This document shows positions 29,824 to 38,374 of a stretch of DNA of 64,000 nt, in pieces (within the stretch, counting starts at the first letter, position 1; every line of letters begins with the position of its first letter). The stretch comes from Oscillospiraceae bacterium (lineage in GTDB: Bacteria > Bacillota > Clostridia > Oscillospirales > Ruminococcaceae): the NCBI GenBank assembly GCA_017547245.1, contig JAFYQD010000001.1:56174-120173 (forward strand). Reading direction: 5' to 3'. The notes beneath the pieces were generated by a model. That model worked only from the letters and a program-made list of their open reading frames with translations, had not been told where the DNA came from and made no database searches. Both the position numbers and the translations under genes were made by a program.

Positions 29824-30972
29824 TTAAACAGTATACTGCAATTTTTTGATGGTTTCACAAAATCGATACACTTCATTAACAGAATTGAATGCGCCAAAGC
29901 TGATTCTGGCTGATCCCTGTTCCAAAGTTCCCATTTTTTTATGGGCAAAGGGGGCGCAATGCAGTCCTCCACGCAGGGCAAATCCTCTTTCTGCAAGAAG
30001 ATGGGAGCTTTCTTCCCCTGTTTTTCCCTTAAGATTAAACGACAGCACAGGAACTGTGTCTAAATATTCCGGTTTTGCGGTGTAAAGTATAACGCCATTA
30101 CACATCGAGAGGCAGTGATAAGCTTCTTTTTTCAGGTAAAATTCGTGCAGATGAAGCCGTTCAATTGTTTTGTTCCTTACAAAATTCATTCCTGCATTTA
30201 ATCCGCAGATTCCGCTTAAATTTTGCGTTCCGCTTTCCAGTCTGTCGGGATAAAACTCCGGCATATTCATTTGGTTGGAAAGGCTTCCGGTACCACCTTT
30301 CAGCAAAGGATCAATCATAACATCGCAGTTTATCAGCAGCATTCCAGTGCCGCTTGGACCATACAGTCCCTTATGTCCCGGAACACACAAAAAATCGATG
30401 TTCATTTCCTTCATGTTGATCGGAATCATTCCAGCCGATTGGGCACCGTCTACAGCAAAATATACCCCACATTTATGGGCATGCTCCCCTATTTCTTTTA
30501 TGGGTAAAACAACCCCTGCAACATTGGAGGCATGTGTACACAGCACCAGTTTTGTTTTTTCATCAATTGCCTCGGCAAATCTTTTTACTGTTTCATGGTG
30601 GTCTTCCAAAGATGTTTCAATCACCTTTACTTCCACAAGTCCCTTTTTTTCCATATCCATCAAAGGTCTTACCACTGAATTATGCTCCAAATCTGAGATA
30701 ACTACCTTATCTCCCTTGCGCAATAGGCCATAAAGAAGCAAATTCAGCGCATGAGTGCAGTTTTGTGTGAACACAACATTCTCGGGTTTATCCATTGAAA
30801 ACAATTCTGACGCAGTTTTTCGGGTCTTATAGACCATTTCAGCAGTTTTCATGGCCATCGGGTATCCTCCACGGCCGGGATTTCCGCCAAATGATTGGAA
30901 TGATTGGTTTACAGCATGGATTACAGTTTGTGGTTTGGGCCAGGAGGTGGCCGCATTGTCAAAATATATCAT
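29824..30972 (-). CDS. Class V aminotransferase-fold cysteine desulfurase family protein
   Basis: 382 aa. MIYFDNAATSWPKP N-terminus and PLP-lysine context VPGHKGLYGPSGTG. Confidence 0.85.
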   Translation of the reverse strand: MIYFDNAATSWPKPQTVIHAVNQSFQSFGGNPGRGGYPMAMKTAEMVYKTRKTASELFSMDKPENVVFTQNCTHALNLLLYGLLRKGDKVVISDLEHNSVVRPLMDMEKKGLVEVKVIETSLEDHHETVKRFAEAIDEKTKLVLCTHASNVAGVVLPIKEIGEHAHKCGVYFAVDGAQSAGMIPINMKEMNIDFLCVPGHKGLYGPSGTGMLLINCDVMIDPLLKGGTGSLSNQMNMPEFYPDRLESGTQNLSGICGLNAGMNFVRNKTIERLHLHEFYLKKEAYHCLSMCNGVILYTAKPEYLDTVPVLSFNLKGKTGEESSHLLAERGFALRGGLHCAPFAHKKMGTLEQGSARISFGAFNSVNEVYRFCETIKKLQYTV

Positions 30973-31199
30973 AGCAGATTACCGCCTTGTATGATTCGAA
31001 TCACTTTGATTCCACCACGCATTAGTATATTCTGGGCAACCATTGGGTCTGAATCAATCATCAGACCGTATCCGCAGCCTCCAATCGCCTTAAATTCGGT
31101 GTTTCGAATAATTCGAGAGGAAATGCCATTCATTTTTAAGAGCTCATGACCCTTCAAAGCAAAAGTAACGGAATTGACTAACAATACCGGTCTGGACAT
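30969..31199 (-). CDS. DUF3343-like small protein (putative S/Se carrier-like)
   Basis: About 76 aa from ATG 31199, preceded by GAGGTGA. GGCGYG loop motif. 4-nt overlap with the desulfurase gene. The 100-aa track version would overlap the upstream gene. Confidence 0.6.
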   Translation of the reverse strand: MSRPVLLVNSVTFALKGHELLKMNGISSRIIRNTEFKAIGGCGYGLMIDSDPMVAQNILMRGGIKVIRIIQGGNLL

Positions 31200-31257
31200 A
31201 AAATCACCTCGACTTTCACTAACAGAATATGCAGTGCAAAGCCGAGGTGTGGCTGAA

Positions 31258-31740
31258 TTATTTACTTTCAATCAGGCAAACAGCCCTTGCGTTGATACCG
31301 TCGTTGGAGCCGGTATAGCCCAACCACTGTTCCTGGTCGATTTTCAGATTGATCTGATCTTCGCTGCAGTCCAAAGCAGAGGAGAGATTCTGCTTCATTT
31401 CAGGAATATACTGCGCAAGTCTGATGTCCTGCAGCAAAACAAGAATATCAATATTGGCAAGTGTATAACACTTTTCCTGCAGCAGACGGGCGGCTTGCGT
31501 CAAAACCTGAAGCCCGGTTTTATGCTTAAGATCAAAATCAGCCTCGGTACAGTGTTTTATGGAACCAAGCGACATTGCTCCAACCAAAGCATCAGCAGCA
31601 GCCAAAGCAACCACATCACGGTCGTGTTCACCGTCAGAGAACAAGCCGACACGCCATTCAATCTTTTTACCTGCAAGAATGATAAAGCGGTCATCCTTTT
31701 CTTTGCATCTTGCAGCACAAAATCCATATCCAATTCGCAT
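31258..31740 (-). CDS. IspF (MEcPP synthase)-fold protein with a non-canonical active site
   Basis: 160 aa. Aligns end to end with IspF (MRIGYGF, SDG..DV, ADALVGA, YTLANID, LGYTG), but the Asp/His/His zinc-ligand positions read Cys/Ala/Leu. Confidence 0.75.
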   Translation of the reverse strand: MRIGYGFCAARCKEKDDRFIILAGKKIEWRVGLFSDGEHDRDVVALAAADALVGAMSLGSIKHCTEADFDLKHKTGLQVLTQAARLLQEKCYTLANIDILVLLQDIRLAQYIPEMKQNLSSALDCSEDQINLKIDQEQWLGYTGSNDGINARAVCLIESK

Positions 31741-31799
31741 TGCTTATCCCCTCCTTTTCTAAAAAAATGATAACACGCTGTGATGAAAAAAACAATCAC

Positions 31800-31841
31800 C
31801 GAAAAACAAATCCGGCCTGTCTTTTGCAGACAAGCCGGATT
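31800..31841 (-). terminator. Rho-independent terminator after rnfB
   Basis: Minus-strand stem AATCCGGCTTGTC / GACAGGCCGGATT, followed by TGTTTTTCGG. Confidence 0.65.
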
Positions 31842-31853
31842 ATTAAGTATCTC

Positions 31854-32645
31854 TTATGCAAAAATCTTGATACAGCCAACGGGACAAACCGCAGCACATT
31901 CGCCGCAGTTTGTGCACAAAACGGGGTCTACTACAGCAAGGTTTTCAATTACAACAATTGCACCATGCTTACAGGTCTTCTGGCACTTCATACAGCCGAT
32001 GCAGCCGGAAGAGCACATCTTTCTGGTCTGAGCACCCTTGTTGTGCGAAGCACAAGCTACACAGGTACGGCTGTTTTTGGGAACCATTTCAATTACATGG
32101 CCGGGACATACCTTGGCACAGGCGCCGCAGCCGGTACAAAGTTCAGAATTAACACTTGCAACGCCGTCATGGATTGTAATTGCATCAAACTTACATACTT
32201 CCACACAATCGCCAAAGCCCATGCAGCCGTAACTGCACTCTTTATGACCATGGAAGAAGGAATAACAGGCCGAGCAGGTTTTGCTGCCCTGATAATCCAT
32301 AACGTCCTTACTGGTTTCGTGAGTGCCGCAGCAGCGAACCATTGCACGCATTTCCTTTACGTCGCCGGCTTCTATGCCCAGCACAGCAGCCATATCATCA
32401 GCTGCCTTTTTGCCGCCGGGGATGCACAGAGTAAGAGTGGCAAAACGACCGGCAACCTTTTCGGCATATTCATCACAACCGGCATAGCCGCAGGCGCCAC
32501 AGTTGGCACCGGGCAGGCATTCGCGGATTTTTGTAACGGTTTCATCCACTTCAACAGCCATAAAGTGAGAAGCCAGAGTAAGAATAATGCCTGCAATAAG
32601 ACCAATTGCTGCCACGGTGATGACAGCGATCAAAATCGCGCTCAT
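31854..32645 (-). CDS. rnfB: Rnf complex subunit B (polyferredoxin)
   Basis: 263 aa with an N-terminal TM, CGACGYAGC and several CxxCxxCxxxCP 4Fe-4S motifs. Confidence 0.9.
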   Translation of the reverse strand: MSAILIAVITVAAIGLIAGIILTLASHFMAVEVDETVTKIRECLPGANCGACGYAGCDEYAEKVAGRFATLTLCIPGGKKAADDMAAVLGIEAGDVKEMRAMVRCCGTHETSKDVMDYQGSKTCSACYSFFHGHKECSYGCMGFGDCVEVCKFDAITIHDGVASVNSELCTGCGACAKVCPGHVIEMVPKNSRTCVACASHNKGAQTRKMCSSGCIGCMKCQKTCKHGAIVVIENLAVVDPVLCTNCGECAAVCPVGCIKIFA

Positions 32646-32665
32646 AAAATCAAACTCCTTTCTTC

Positions 32666-33259
32666 TTACTTAAACAGGCCTTCTACCACACCGGTAAAGC
32701 CCATAAAAGCAACCGATACGATAGATGCTGCAATCAAAGTGACAGGCAAACCACGGAAATGCTTTGGAATGTTGGTGGCGGCATCTACACGGCTGCGAAC
32801 ACCCGAGAAAAGCACCATAGCCAGCAGGAAGCCCAAACCGGCACCCAAAGCACTGATCAGTGCCTGTGCAAAGGTGTAACCTTCATCGATGTTAAGAATG
32901 GCAACACCCAAAACGGCACAGTTGGTGGTAATAAGAGGCAGATAAATACCCAAAGACTGATAAAGAGAAGGAATGTACTTTTTCAGAATGATTTCGACCA
33001 GCTGAACCAGTGCTGCAATAACCAGAATAAAAACGATGGTCTGCAGGTAAGCCATGTCAAAACGATCGAGAATATAGCGCTGAATGGGGTGTGTAACGGC
33101 GGTGGCCAGCAGCATAACAAAGGTAACAGCTGCGCTCATGCCAACGGCCGAGTCAAGCTTTTTGGATACACCCAGGAAGGGGCAGATACCCATGAACTTA
33201 GCAAGAACAAAGTTGTTGACCAGAATGCTGCCAACAAGGATGATCATCATTTCTTTCAT
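32666..33259 (-). CDS. rnfA: Rnf complex subunit A
   Basis: ILVGSILVNNFVLAKFMGICPFLGVS signature. Start ATG 33259 follows AAGGGGAG. Confidence 0.92.
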   Translation of the reverse strand: MKEMMIILVGSILVNNFVLAKFMGICPFLGVSKKLDSAVGMSAAVTFVMLLATAVTHPIQRYILDRFDMAYLQTIVFILVIAALVQLVEIILKKYIPSLYQSLGIYLPLITTNCAVLGVAILNIDEGYTFAQALISALGAGLGFLLAMVLFSGVRSRVDAATNIPKHFRGLPVTLIAASIVSVAFMGFTGVVEGLFK

Positions 33260-33930
33260 GCGTTGCACTCCCCTTTCTCAGCATTGGCGCAGACGGCGGC
33301 GGAAGGACAGCCTGCACAACCCTTTTTCTGCTTTTTGCGGGATTTGCCGTTGGTGATATAGTTGACCAAAGCAACCAAACAACCAAAAACAAAGAAGCCG
33401 CCGGGTGCCAGAGTAAGAATGGACATGGGCTGAATGCCGGAATAGAGCTGAATGCCCAGCCAAGTGCCGCTGCCGATGATTTCACGCAGGCTGCTCATCA
33501 GGAACAGGGCCAGGGTAAAGCCAAGACCCATACCTACGCCATCCAGCATGGAATCAAAAACGCTGTTTTTGCTTGCAAACATTTCGGCACGGCCAAGAAT
33601 GATACAGTTTACTACAATAAGCGGCAGGAAGATGCCCAAAGCATTGTAGATGGGCTCAACAAAGGCCTGCAGCAGCATAGAAACGATGGTAACAAAGGTT
33701 GCAATAACAACGATATAACAAGGAATTCTTACCTTATCGGGGATAATCTTTTTCAGCAGAGAAATTACAATGTTGGAGCCAACCAGAACAAAGGTAGCTG
33801 CCAAACCCATGCCTACGGCATTTTTTACCGAAGTAGAGGTAGCAAGCGTGGGACAGGTACCCAGCACAAGTACAAGTACGGGGTTTTCCTTGATCAAACC
33901 GTTAATAAGAATCTTTAGTTTATTCATCAC
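33256..33930 (-). CDS. rnfE: Rnf complex subunit E
   Basis: NPVLVLVLGTCPTLATSTSVKNAVGMG signature. 224 aa polytopic protein. Confidence 0.92.
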   Translation of the reverse strand: MMNKLKILINGLIKENPVLVLVLGTCPTLATSTSVKNAVGMGLAATFVLVGSNIVISLLKKIIPDKVRIPCYIVVIATFVTIVSMLLQAFVEPIYNALGIFLPLIVVNCIILGRAEMFASKNSVFDSMLDGVGMGLGFTLALFLMSSLREIIGSGTWLGIQLYSGIQPMSILTLAPGGFFVFGCLVALVNYITNGKSRKKQKKGCAGCPSAAVCANAEKGECNA

Positions 33931-34865
33931 TTGCTCACCTCCAGTTCTGCAAGCATTTCAGGAGTGATAAGACTCAATGCCTTTTTAACACCGTTCATGA
34001 AGGAGCCGGAAGAGGTGGTGGCACCGCTTACGATATCAACTTCTTCTACGTTGTTGGCATCCTTGCCCACAAACTTAGAAGTGTGTTCGGCCTCCCCTAC
34101 CTTTGTGCCAACACCAGGGCTTTCGCTGTTTGCGCCAAGGGCAACACCAACAAGCTTGCCTTCGGCATCCACACCGGCGAAAACTTCCATTTGGCTGTTC
34201 TTATAACCGGGTACGGCAACCAGCAGCAGATAACCCTGATCTTCAGCGCGATAAGCCTCGATGGCATCAGCAACTTCGATGGGGGTAAGTGCAACACCGG
34301 GGAACATGGTTTCACGGGGATCTGCAGGTTCTTCCAAACCAAGATCTGCACCGGAAACTTCGGCATAAACCTTAAAAGCGGCATTAACAGCAGCTTCAAA
34401 TGCGCCGGAAGACACAGTAGAACCGGAGATCATATCAACGCCATCCAAAGAAGCGTTTTTACCACGGTACTGGCTGCGATAAGGTTCTTCGGCAACACGG
34501 GAACCCAAACCGGGGGTTTCTTCGCTGATCATAACCTGGGTATCAGCAATGGTTCCTTCCGAGGTGATGCCTATCATAACCTGAAGGTCGCCGGCATAGC
34601 CCTTTGCAGTAGCGGTAATGGCATAGCCTGCACCGTTTTTGGCTTCATAAACATCAATTATGTTTTCGGTAGAAAAATCAGTAATCTGTGTAAAGTCGTC
34701 AGCGTCGGGCAAAACCATAAGTCTCGCTTCACGTGCGGCGGCTTCCTGAGCCTGAGCAATCAGGGGTGCGGTAATCTGATTGGTCAAAGCCAGTGCAGCC
34801 GAAGCTACCAGACAAATGACGGTCAGAACCACGGTGGGAAGAATCATTTCCTTTTTATTTTTCAT
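33927..34865 (-). CDS. rnfG: Rnf complex subunit G with two FMN-binding domains
   Basis: Start ATG 34865 follows GGAGGTG. N-terminal TM. Two FMN_bind-like repeats end in MISGSTVSSGAF and IVSGATTSSGSF. Confidence 0.88.
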   Translation of the reverse strand: MKNKKEMILPTVVLTVICLVASAALALTNQITAPLIAQAQEAAAREARLMVLPDADDFTQITDFSTENIIDVYEAKNGAGYAITATAKGYAGDLQVMIGITSEGTIADTQVMISEETPGLGSRVAEEPYRSQYRGKNASLDGVDMISGSTVSSGAFEAAVNAAFKVYAEVSGADLGLEEPADPRETMFPGVALTPIEVADAIEAYRAEDQGYLLLVAVPGYKNSQMEVFAGVDAEGKLVGVALGANSESPGVGTKVGEAEHTSKFVGKDANNVEEVDIVSGATTSSGSFMNGVKKALSLITPEMLAELEVSK

Positions 34866-35808
34866 CGTACACACCTCCAAAAGCCTTGGTCTTGGTAAGT
34901 CTGTCGATATGGGGTGCAACGATATTCATAAGCAGAATGGCAAAGGATACGCCTTCGGGATAGGAACCGAATATACGGATGATTACGGTAAGGAAACCGC
35001 AGCCGATGCCAAAAATCAGCTTGCCCTTTTCGGTGACGGGAGAGGTGGAGTAATCGGTAGCCATAAATACAGCACCCAGCAGCAGACCACCGGTCAGCAG
35101 ATGAGCGATGGGATCCTGGCCCAGCACCAAAGAGAAGAACATGGAAGTTGCAACAAAGGCAACGGGAATGGTGGGGGTAATGATGCGGCGGATAAGCAGA
35201 TAGGCAAAACCAATAATGATTGCCAGACCGCAGCCTTCACCAATACAGCCGCCCTTACCAATGCCAAGGAACATATCGGCATAGCTGAGGTTGAGGGTGC
35301 CGCCGGAAGTCAGGGTACCCAGAGGAGTGGCACCGGAAACAAGTTCAACAACACGTCCTGCAGGATGAGGAATATACCAGGTGGTCATGGCCTGAGAATA
35401 GGATACCAGCAGAACAACACGACCAAGAATGGCAGGGTTGGCAAAGTTCTGACCAATGCCGCCAAACAGCTGCTTGGCGATGACAATGGCCACAAAGCAG
35501 CCCACCACAGCGATGTAAATGGGAATCATGGGAGGCAGGTTGAATGCCAGCAGCAGGCCGGTTACCACGGCACTGAGGTCTCCGATGGTCTGCTTACGAC
35601 CCACAACAATGTTGTAAAGTGCTTCAAAAAGAACACAGGAGATTACGCAGACTGCGGCCAACAGCAAGGCACGGGTACCAAAATGGTAGGCCGAGGCATA
35701 AAGAGCAGGCAGCAGGGCGATAACTACATCGCGCATAACCGAAGTGGTGGTAACCTTGTCTCGGAAATGAGGCGAGGGCGCAATGACCATAAGTTTTTTA
35801 GTATCCAT
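34855..35808 (-). CDS. rnfD: Rnf complex subunit D
   Basis: MDTKKLMVIAPSPHFRDKVTTTSVMRDV is a typical RnfD/NqrB N-terminus. The ATG shares its A with the rnfC TGA. Confidence 0.9.
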   Translation of the reverse strand: MDTKKLMVIAPSPHFRDKVTTTSVMRDVVIALLPALYASAYHFGTRALLLAAVCVISCVLFEALYNIVVGRKQTIGDLSAVVTGLLLAFNLPPMIPIYIAVVGCFVAIVIAKQLFGGIGQNFANPAILGRVVLLVSYSQAMTTWYIPHPAGRVVELVSGATPLGTLTSGGTLNLSYADMFLGIGKGGCIGEGCGLAIIIGFAYLLIRRIITPTIPVAFVATSMFFSLVLGQDPIAHLLTGGLLLGAVFMATDYSTSPVTEKGKLIFGIGCGFLTVIIRIFGSYPEGVSFAILLMNIVAPHIDRLTKTKAFGGVYDEK

Positions 35809-37112
35809 CACTTCAGTCCTCCTTTCTCTCTCAAAAGTTTCTTGGCCATCTTGTTGGAGGTGACCAGGTTGCGCTTGGCAGGACATACATAAGAACAGCA
35901 GCCGCATTCCATGCAAAGGTTTACCTTAAGGTTGCGCAATTCGTCCAGATCTTCGGCGATGCGAGCCTTCTCAAGGGCAGCGGGCATCAGATTAAAGGGA
36001 CAGGCACGAACGCAGCGTCCGCAGCGGATGCATGCACTTTCTTCAAAACCATCAATCTGTGCCTGGTCAAACACCAGTACAGCATTGTTGTTTTTCAGTA
36101 CGGGAGAGTTGAAGTCATACACGGTGATGCCCATCATAGGACCACCCATGATAATCTTTCTGGGTTCGCTCTTAAAACCACCGCAGAAATCAAACAAATC
36201 CTTGTAAGGAGTACCCAGAGGAACGGTAACTACCTTAGGATTGGCGATTGCACCGCCATCAATGGTAAGGGTTCTTTTTACCAGAGGAACGCCATTCTGC
36301 AGATAACGAGCCATGAAGCAAATCGAGTTGATATTCATAACAACAACACCAACGTCGGCAGGCAGCATTCCTTCGGCAATAATGCGGCCGGTAGTTTCGT
36401 AAACCAGAACCTTTTCAGCACCCTGAGGATATTTGGAACGAAGCTTCTTTACAGTAACGCTGTCGTTATAGCTGAAGTAGTCTTCCAAAGCAGTAATCAG
36501 GTCAGGCTTATTGTCTTCAACACCAACAATTACTCTGGAGATATCAAGGTATTTTTTGATTTCGGTGATGCCGCTGTGCAGAAAGTCCAGCTCCATCATG
36601 GCAATATGATGGTCGGAAGTGATGTAAGGCTCACATTCTGCGGCATTGATAACAAGGGTATCAACACGGCCGCGGGGTTTCAGCTTGACATGGGTCGGGA
36701 AACCCGCACCGCCCAAACCTACCAGACCGGATGCACGCACAGCCTTCAAAAAATCATTATAGCCATTGATAACGGGAGGAGCGATATTAGGGTCTCTCTC
36801 CTGCTTTTTATCCGATTCAATTACAACAGCCTTGGAAGCAATACCCATGGGGCTGACGTAATCTTCAATACGGATAACCTTACCCGATACAGAGGCATGG
36901 ATGGGAGCAGACACAAAAGAAGCGCTGTCGCCCACAATCTGACCAACCTTTACTTCGTCGCCAACCGAAACTTTAACATCACAGGGAGTGCCCATGTGCT
37001 GCTGCATCGGCAGAACAACAATATCAGGAACAGGAAGAATTTCTACCGTTGCACCGGCAGTATTCTTGCAGTGTCGAACCTTGATTCCGCTCAAGGATTT
37101 TTTAAAAGACAT
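35808..37112 (-). CDS. rnfC: Rnf complex subunit C
   Basis: 434 aa. NADH/FMN-binding core GLVGLGGAGFPTHVK and two ferredoxin motifs (CIRCGRCVRACP, CMECGCCSYVCP). Confidence 0.92.
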   Translation of the reverse strand: MSFKKSLSGIKVRHCKNTAGATVEILPVPDIVVLPMQQHMGTPCDVKVSVGDEVKVGQIVGDSASFVSAPIHASVSGKVIRIEDYVSPMGIASKAVVIESDKKQERDPNIAPPVINGYNDFLKAVRASGLVGLGGAGFPTHVKLKPRGRVDTLVINAAECEPYITSDHHIAMMELDFLHSGITEIKKYLDISRVIVGVEDNKPDLITALEDYFSYNDSVTVKKLRSKYPQGAEKVLVYETTGRIIAEGMLPADVGVVVMNINSICFMARYLQNGVPLVKRTLTIDGGAIANPKVVTVPLGTPYKDLFDFCGGFKSEPRKIIMGGPMMGITVYDFNSPVLKNNNAVLVFDQAQIDGFEESACIRCGRCVRACPFNLMPAALEKARIAEDLDELRNLKVNLCMECGCCSYVCPAKRNLVTSNKMAKKLLREKGGLK

Positions 37113-37128
37113 CGCAATACATCCTCTC

Positions 37129-37671
37129 TTAAATATTTCTATTAAAAATAATATGATTCATACGAACCAGATAAGGTTTTAAAACCTTAAGAAGCAATGA
37201 AGTAAGAAAACCCATAACAACACCCGACAAAACCATGACCGGAAGATAGCCAAAGGCCAGTGTTGAATGCAAAACCAAAGCGGATATCATCAGCTGACCA
37301 ATATTATGAAATATTGCGCCAAAGATACTGATCAATGTCAAATGTGGTTTTGAGGGAAACTGCATAAGAAGCAGCATAACAAAAACAGAAAGAAGACCGC
37401 CGGCAAGGCTCATGCAAAATGCGGTTGGGCCACGGGTAAAAAGAACAAACAATGCCTTAAGCACAGCCAAAGTAAATCCGCTTCCCTTTCCCAAAAAGAA
37501 AAGGGCAAACATCGTAACAATGTTGGATAGCCCCAATTTTACGCCCGGTGGAAGCGTTGGCAACACAGGAAGCAATCCTTCAATGAAGCTTAAAACAGCC
37601 GCAAGGGCAAATAACAGGCCCATCAGGGCAACCTGACGAGCTGTGCTTTTTCCATCTTTTGCTTGCTTCAC
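37129..37671 (-). CDS. Gx transporter family membrane protein (PF07456-type; often mislabelled heptaprenyl diphosphate synthase component I)
   Basis: Polytopic protein. LALMGLLFALAAVLSFIEG...GVKLGLSNIVTMFAL is typical of the family. Start is uncertain: GTG 37671 after AAGGGGAG, or TTG 37707. Ends 16 nt before rnfC. Confidence 0.7.
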   Translation of the reverse strand: MKQAKDGKSTARQVALMGLLFALAAVLSFIEGLLPVLPTLPPGVKLGLSNIVTMFALFFLGKGSGFTLAVLKALFVLFTRGPTAFCMSLAGGLLSVFVMLLLMQFPSKPHLTLISIFGAIFHNIGQLMISALVLHSTLAFGYLPVMVLSGVVMGFLTSLLLKVLKPYLVRMNHIIFNRNI

Positions 37672-37846
37672 TCGGTTTGATCTCCCCTTCTGTTCGCCTG
37701 TCTGCAAACAAAGGATTTCATAAAATTACAGTCTTAATGATATACCATTGTAAAGTAAATTTCAATAGAATTCGAATCAATTTTGCTTAACAAATGTTAA
37801 GTTATTTTTTTGTCATTCTTTTTCAAAATTATACCCCGTTTACAAA

Positions 37847-37886
37847 ATAAAAAGACGGAGGACATAATATCCTCCGTCTTTTTTTA
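37847..37886. terminator. Symmetric (bidirectional-looking) rho-independent terminator after the efp unit
   Basis: AGACGGAGGA / TCCTCCGTCT stem (37853..37862 with 37871..37880), flanked by an A-run and a T-run. Confidence 0.7.
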
Positions 37887-37895
37887 GCGCTTTAA

Positions 37896-38324
37896 TCAGT
37901 CGTCGAGCTCTTCGATTTCAACTTCTTCCAGTTCGAATTCGAGCAGTTCGCCGCAGTTGGGGCAATCCATTTCGCCCTCTTCCAGCATTTCTTCGTTGAT
38001 GCAGATGATGTCGCCGCAGGTGGGGCATTCTACTTCGTAGAGTTCCTCATCTTCGTCACAACCGTCGCAGCCTTCGCAGAAGTCTTCGTCGTCATCTTCA
38101 TCTTCGCCGTAGAAGTCGCCTTCCAGATCGCCCAGGTCCTGGTCGATCTCGTCAATGATTTCAACCATTTCAGCGATTTCATTGTCCAGGTCATCAACGG
38201 TCAGAGCCATATCGTCAAGCACATCGATCATTGCCAGCAGCAGCTTGCCTTCGGGCTTGTCGTCGTTGATCTTCAGGCCTTCAGCCAGGCCCTTCAGGTA
38301 AGCAACCTTTTCAGTAATGGTCAT
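37896..38324 (-). CDS. Highly acidic protein with a double CxxC zinc ribbon, unknown function
   Basis: 142 aa. Helical N-terminus, a D/E-rich linker (EDEDDDEDFCEGCDGCDEDEE), then CPTCG...CPNCG. RBS AAGGGAGG. No terminator between it and efp. Confidence 0.65.
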   Translation of the reverse strand: MTITEKVAYLKGLAEGLKINDDKPEGKLLLAMIDVLDDMALTVDDLDNEIAEMVEIIDEIDQDLGDLEGDFYGEDEDDDEDFCEGCDGCDEDEELYEVECPTCGDIICINEEMLEEGEMDCPNCGELLEFELEEVEIEELDD

Positions 38325-38374
38325 TGCAAAAACCTCCCTTATGTTTCAGGTTAATGTATCAACATCAGTCCGGA

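Noticed and set aside
37786-37801. Palindrome CTTAACA-AA-TGTTAAG upstream of the Gx-transporter/rnf operon, considered as a Rex or other operator
   Set aside because: The half-site order is inverted relative to the clostridial Rex consensus as I remember it (TTGTTAA-N4-TTAACAA). Perfect 7-bp-arm palindromes with short spacers are expected roughly 20 times by chance in 64 kb.
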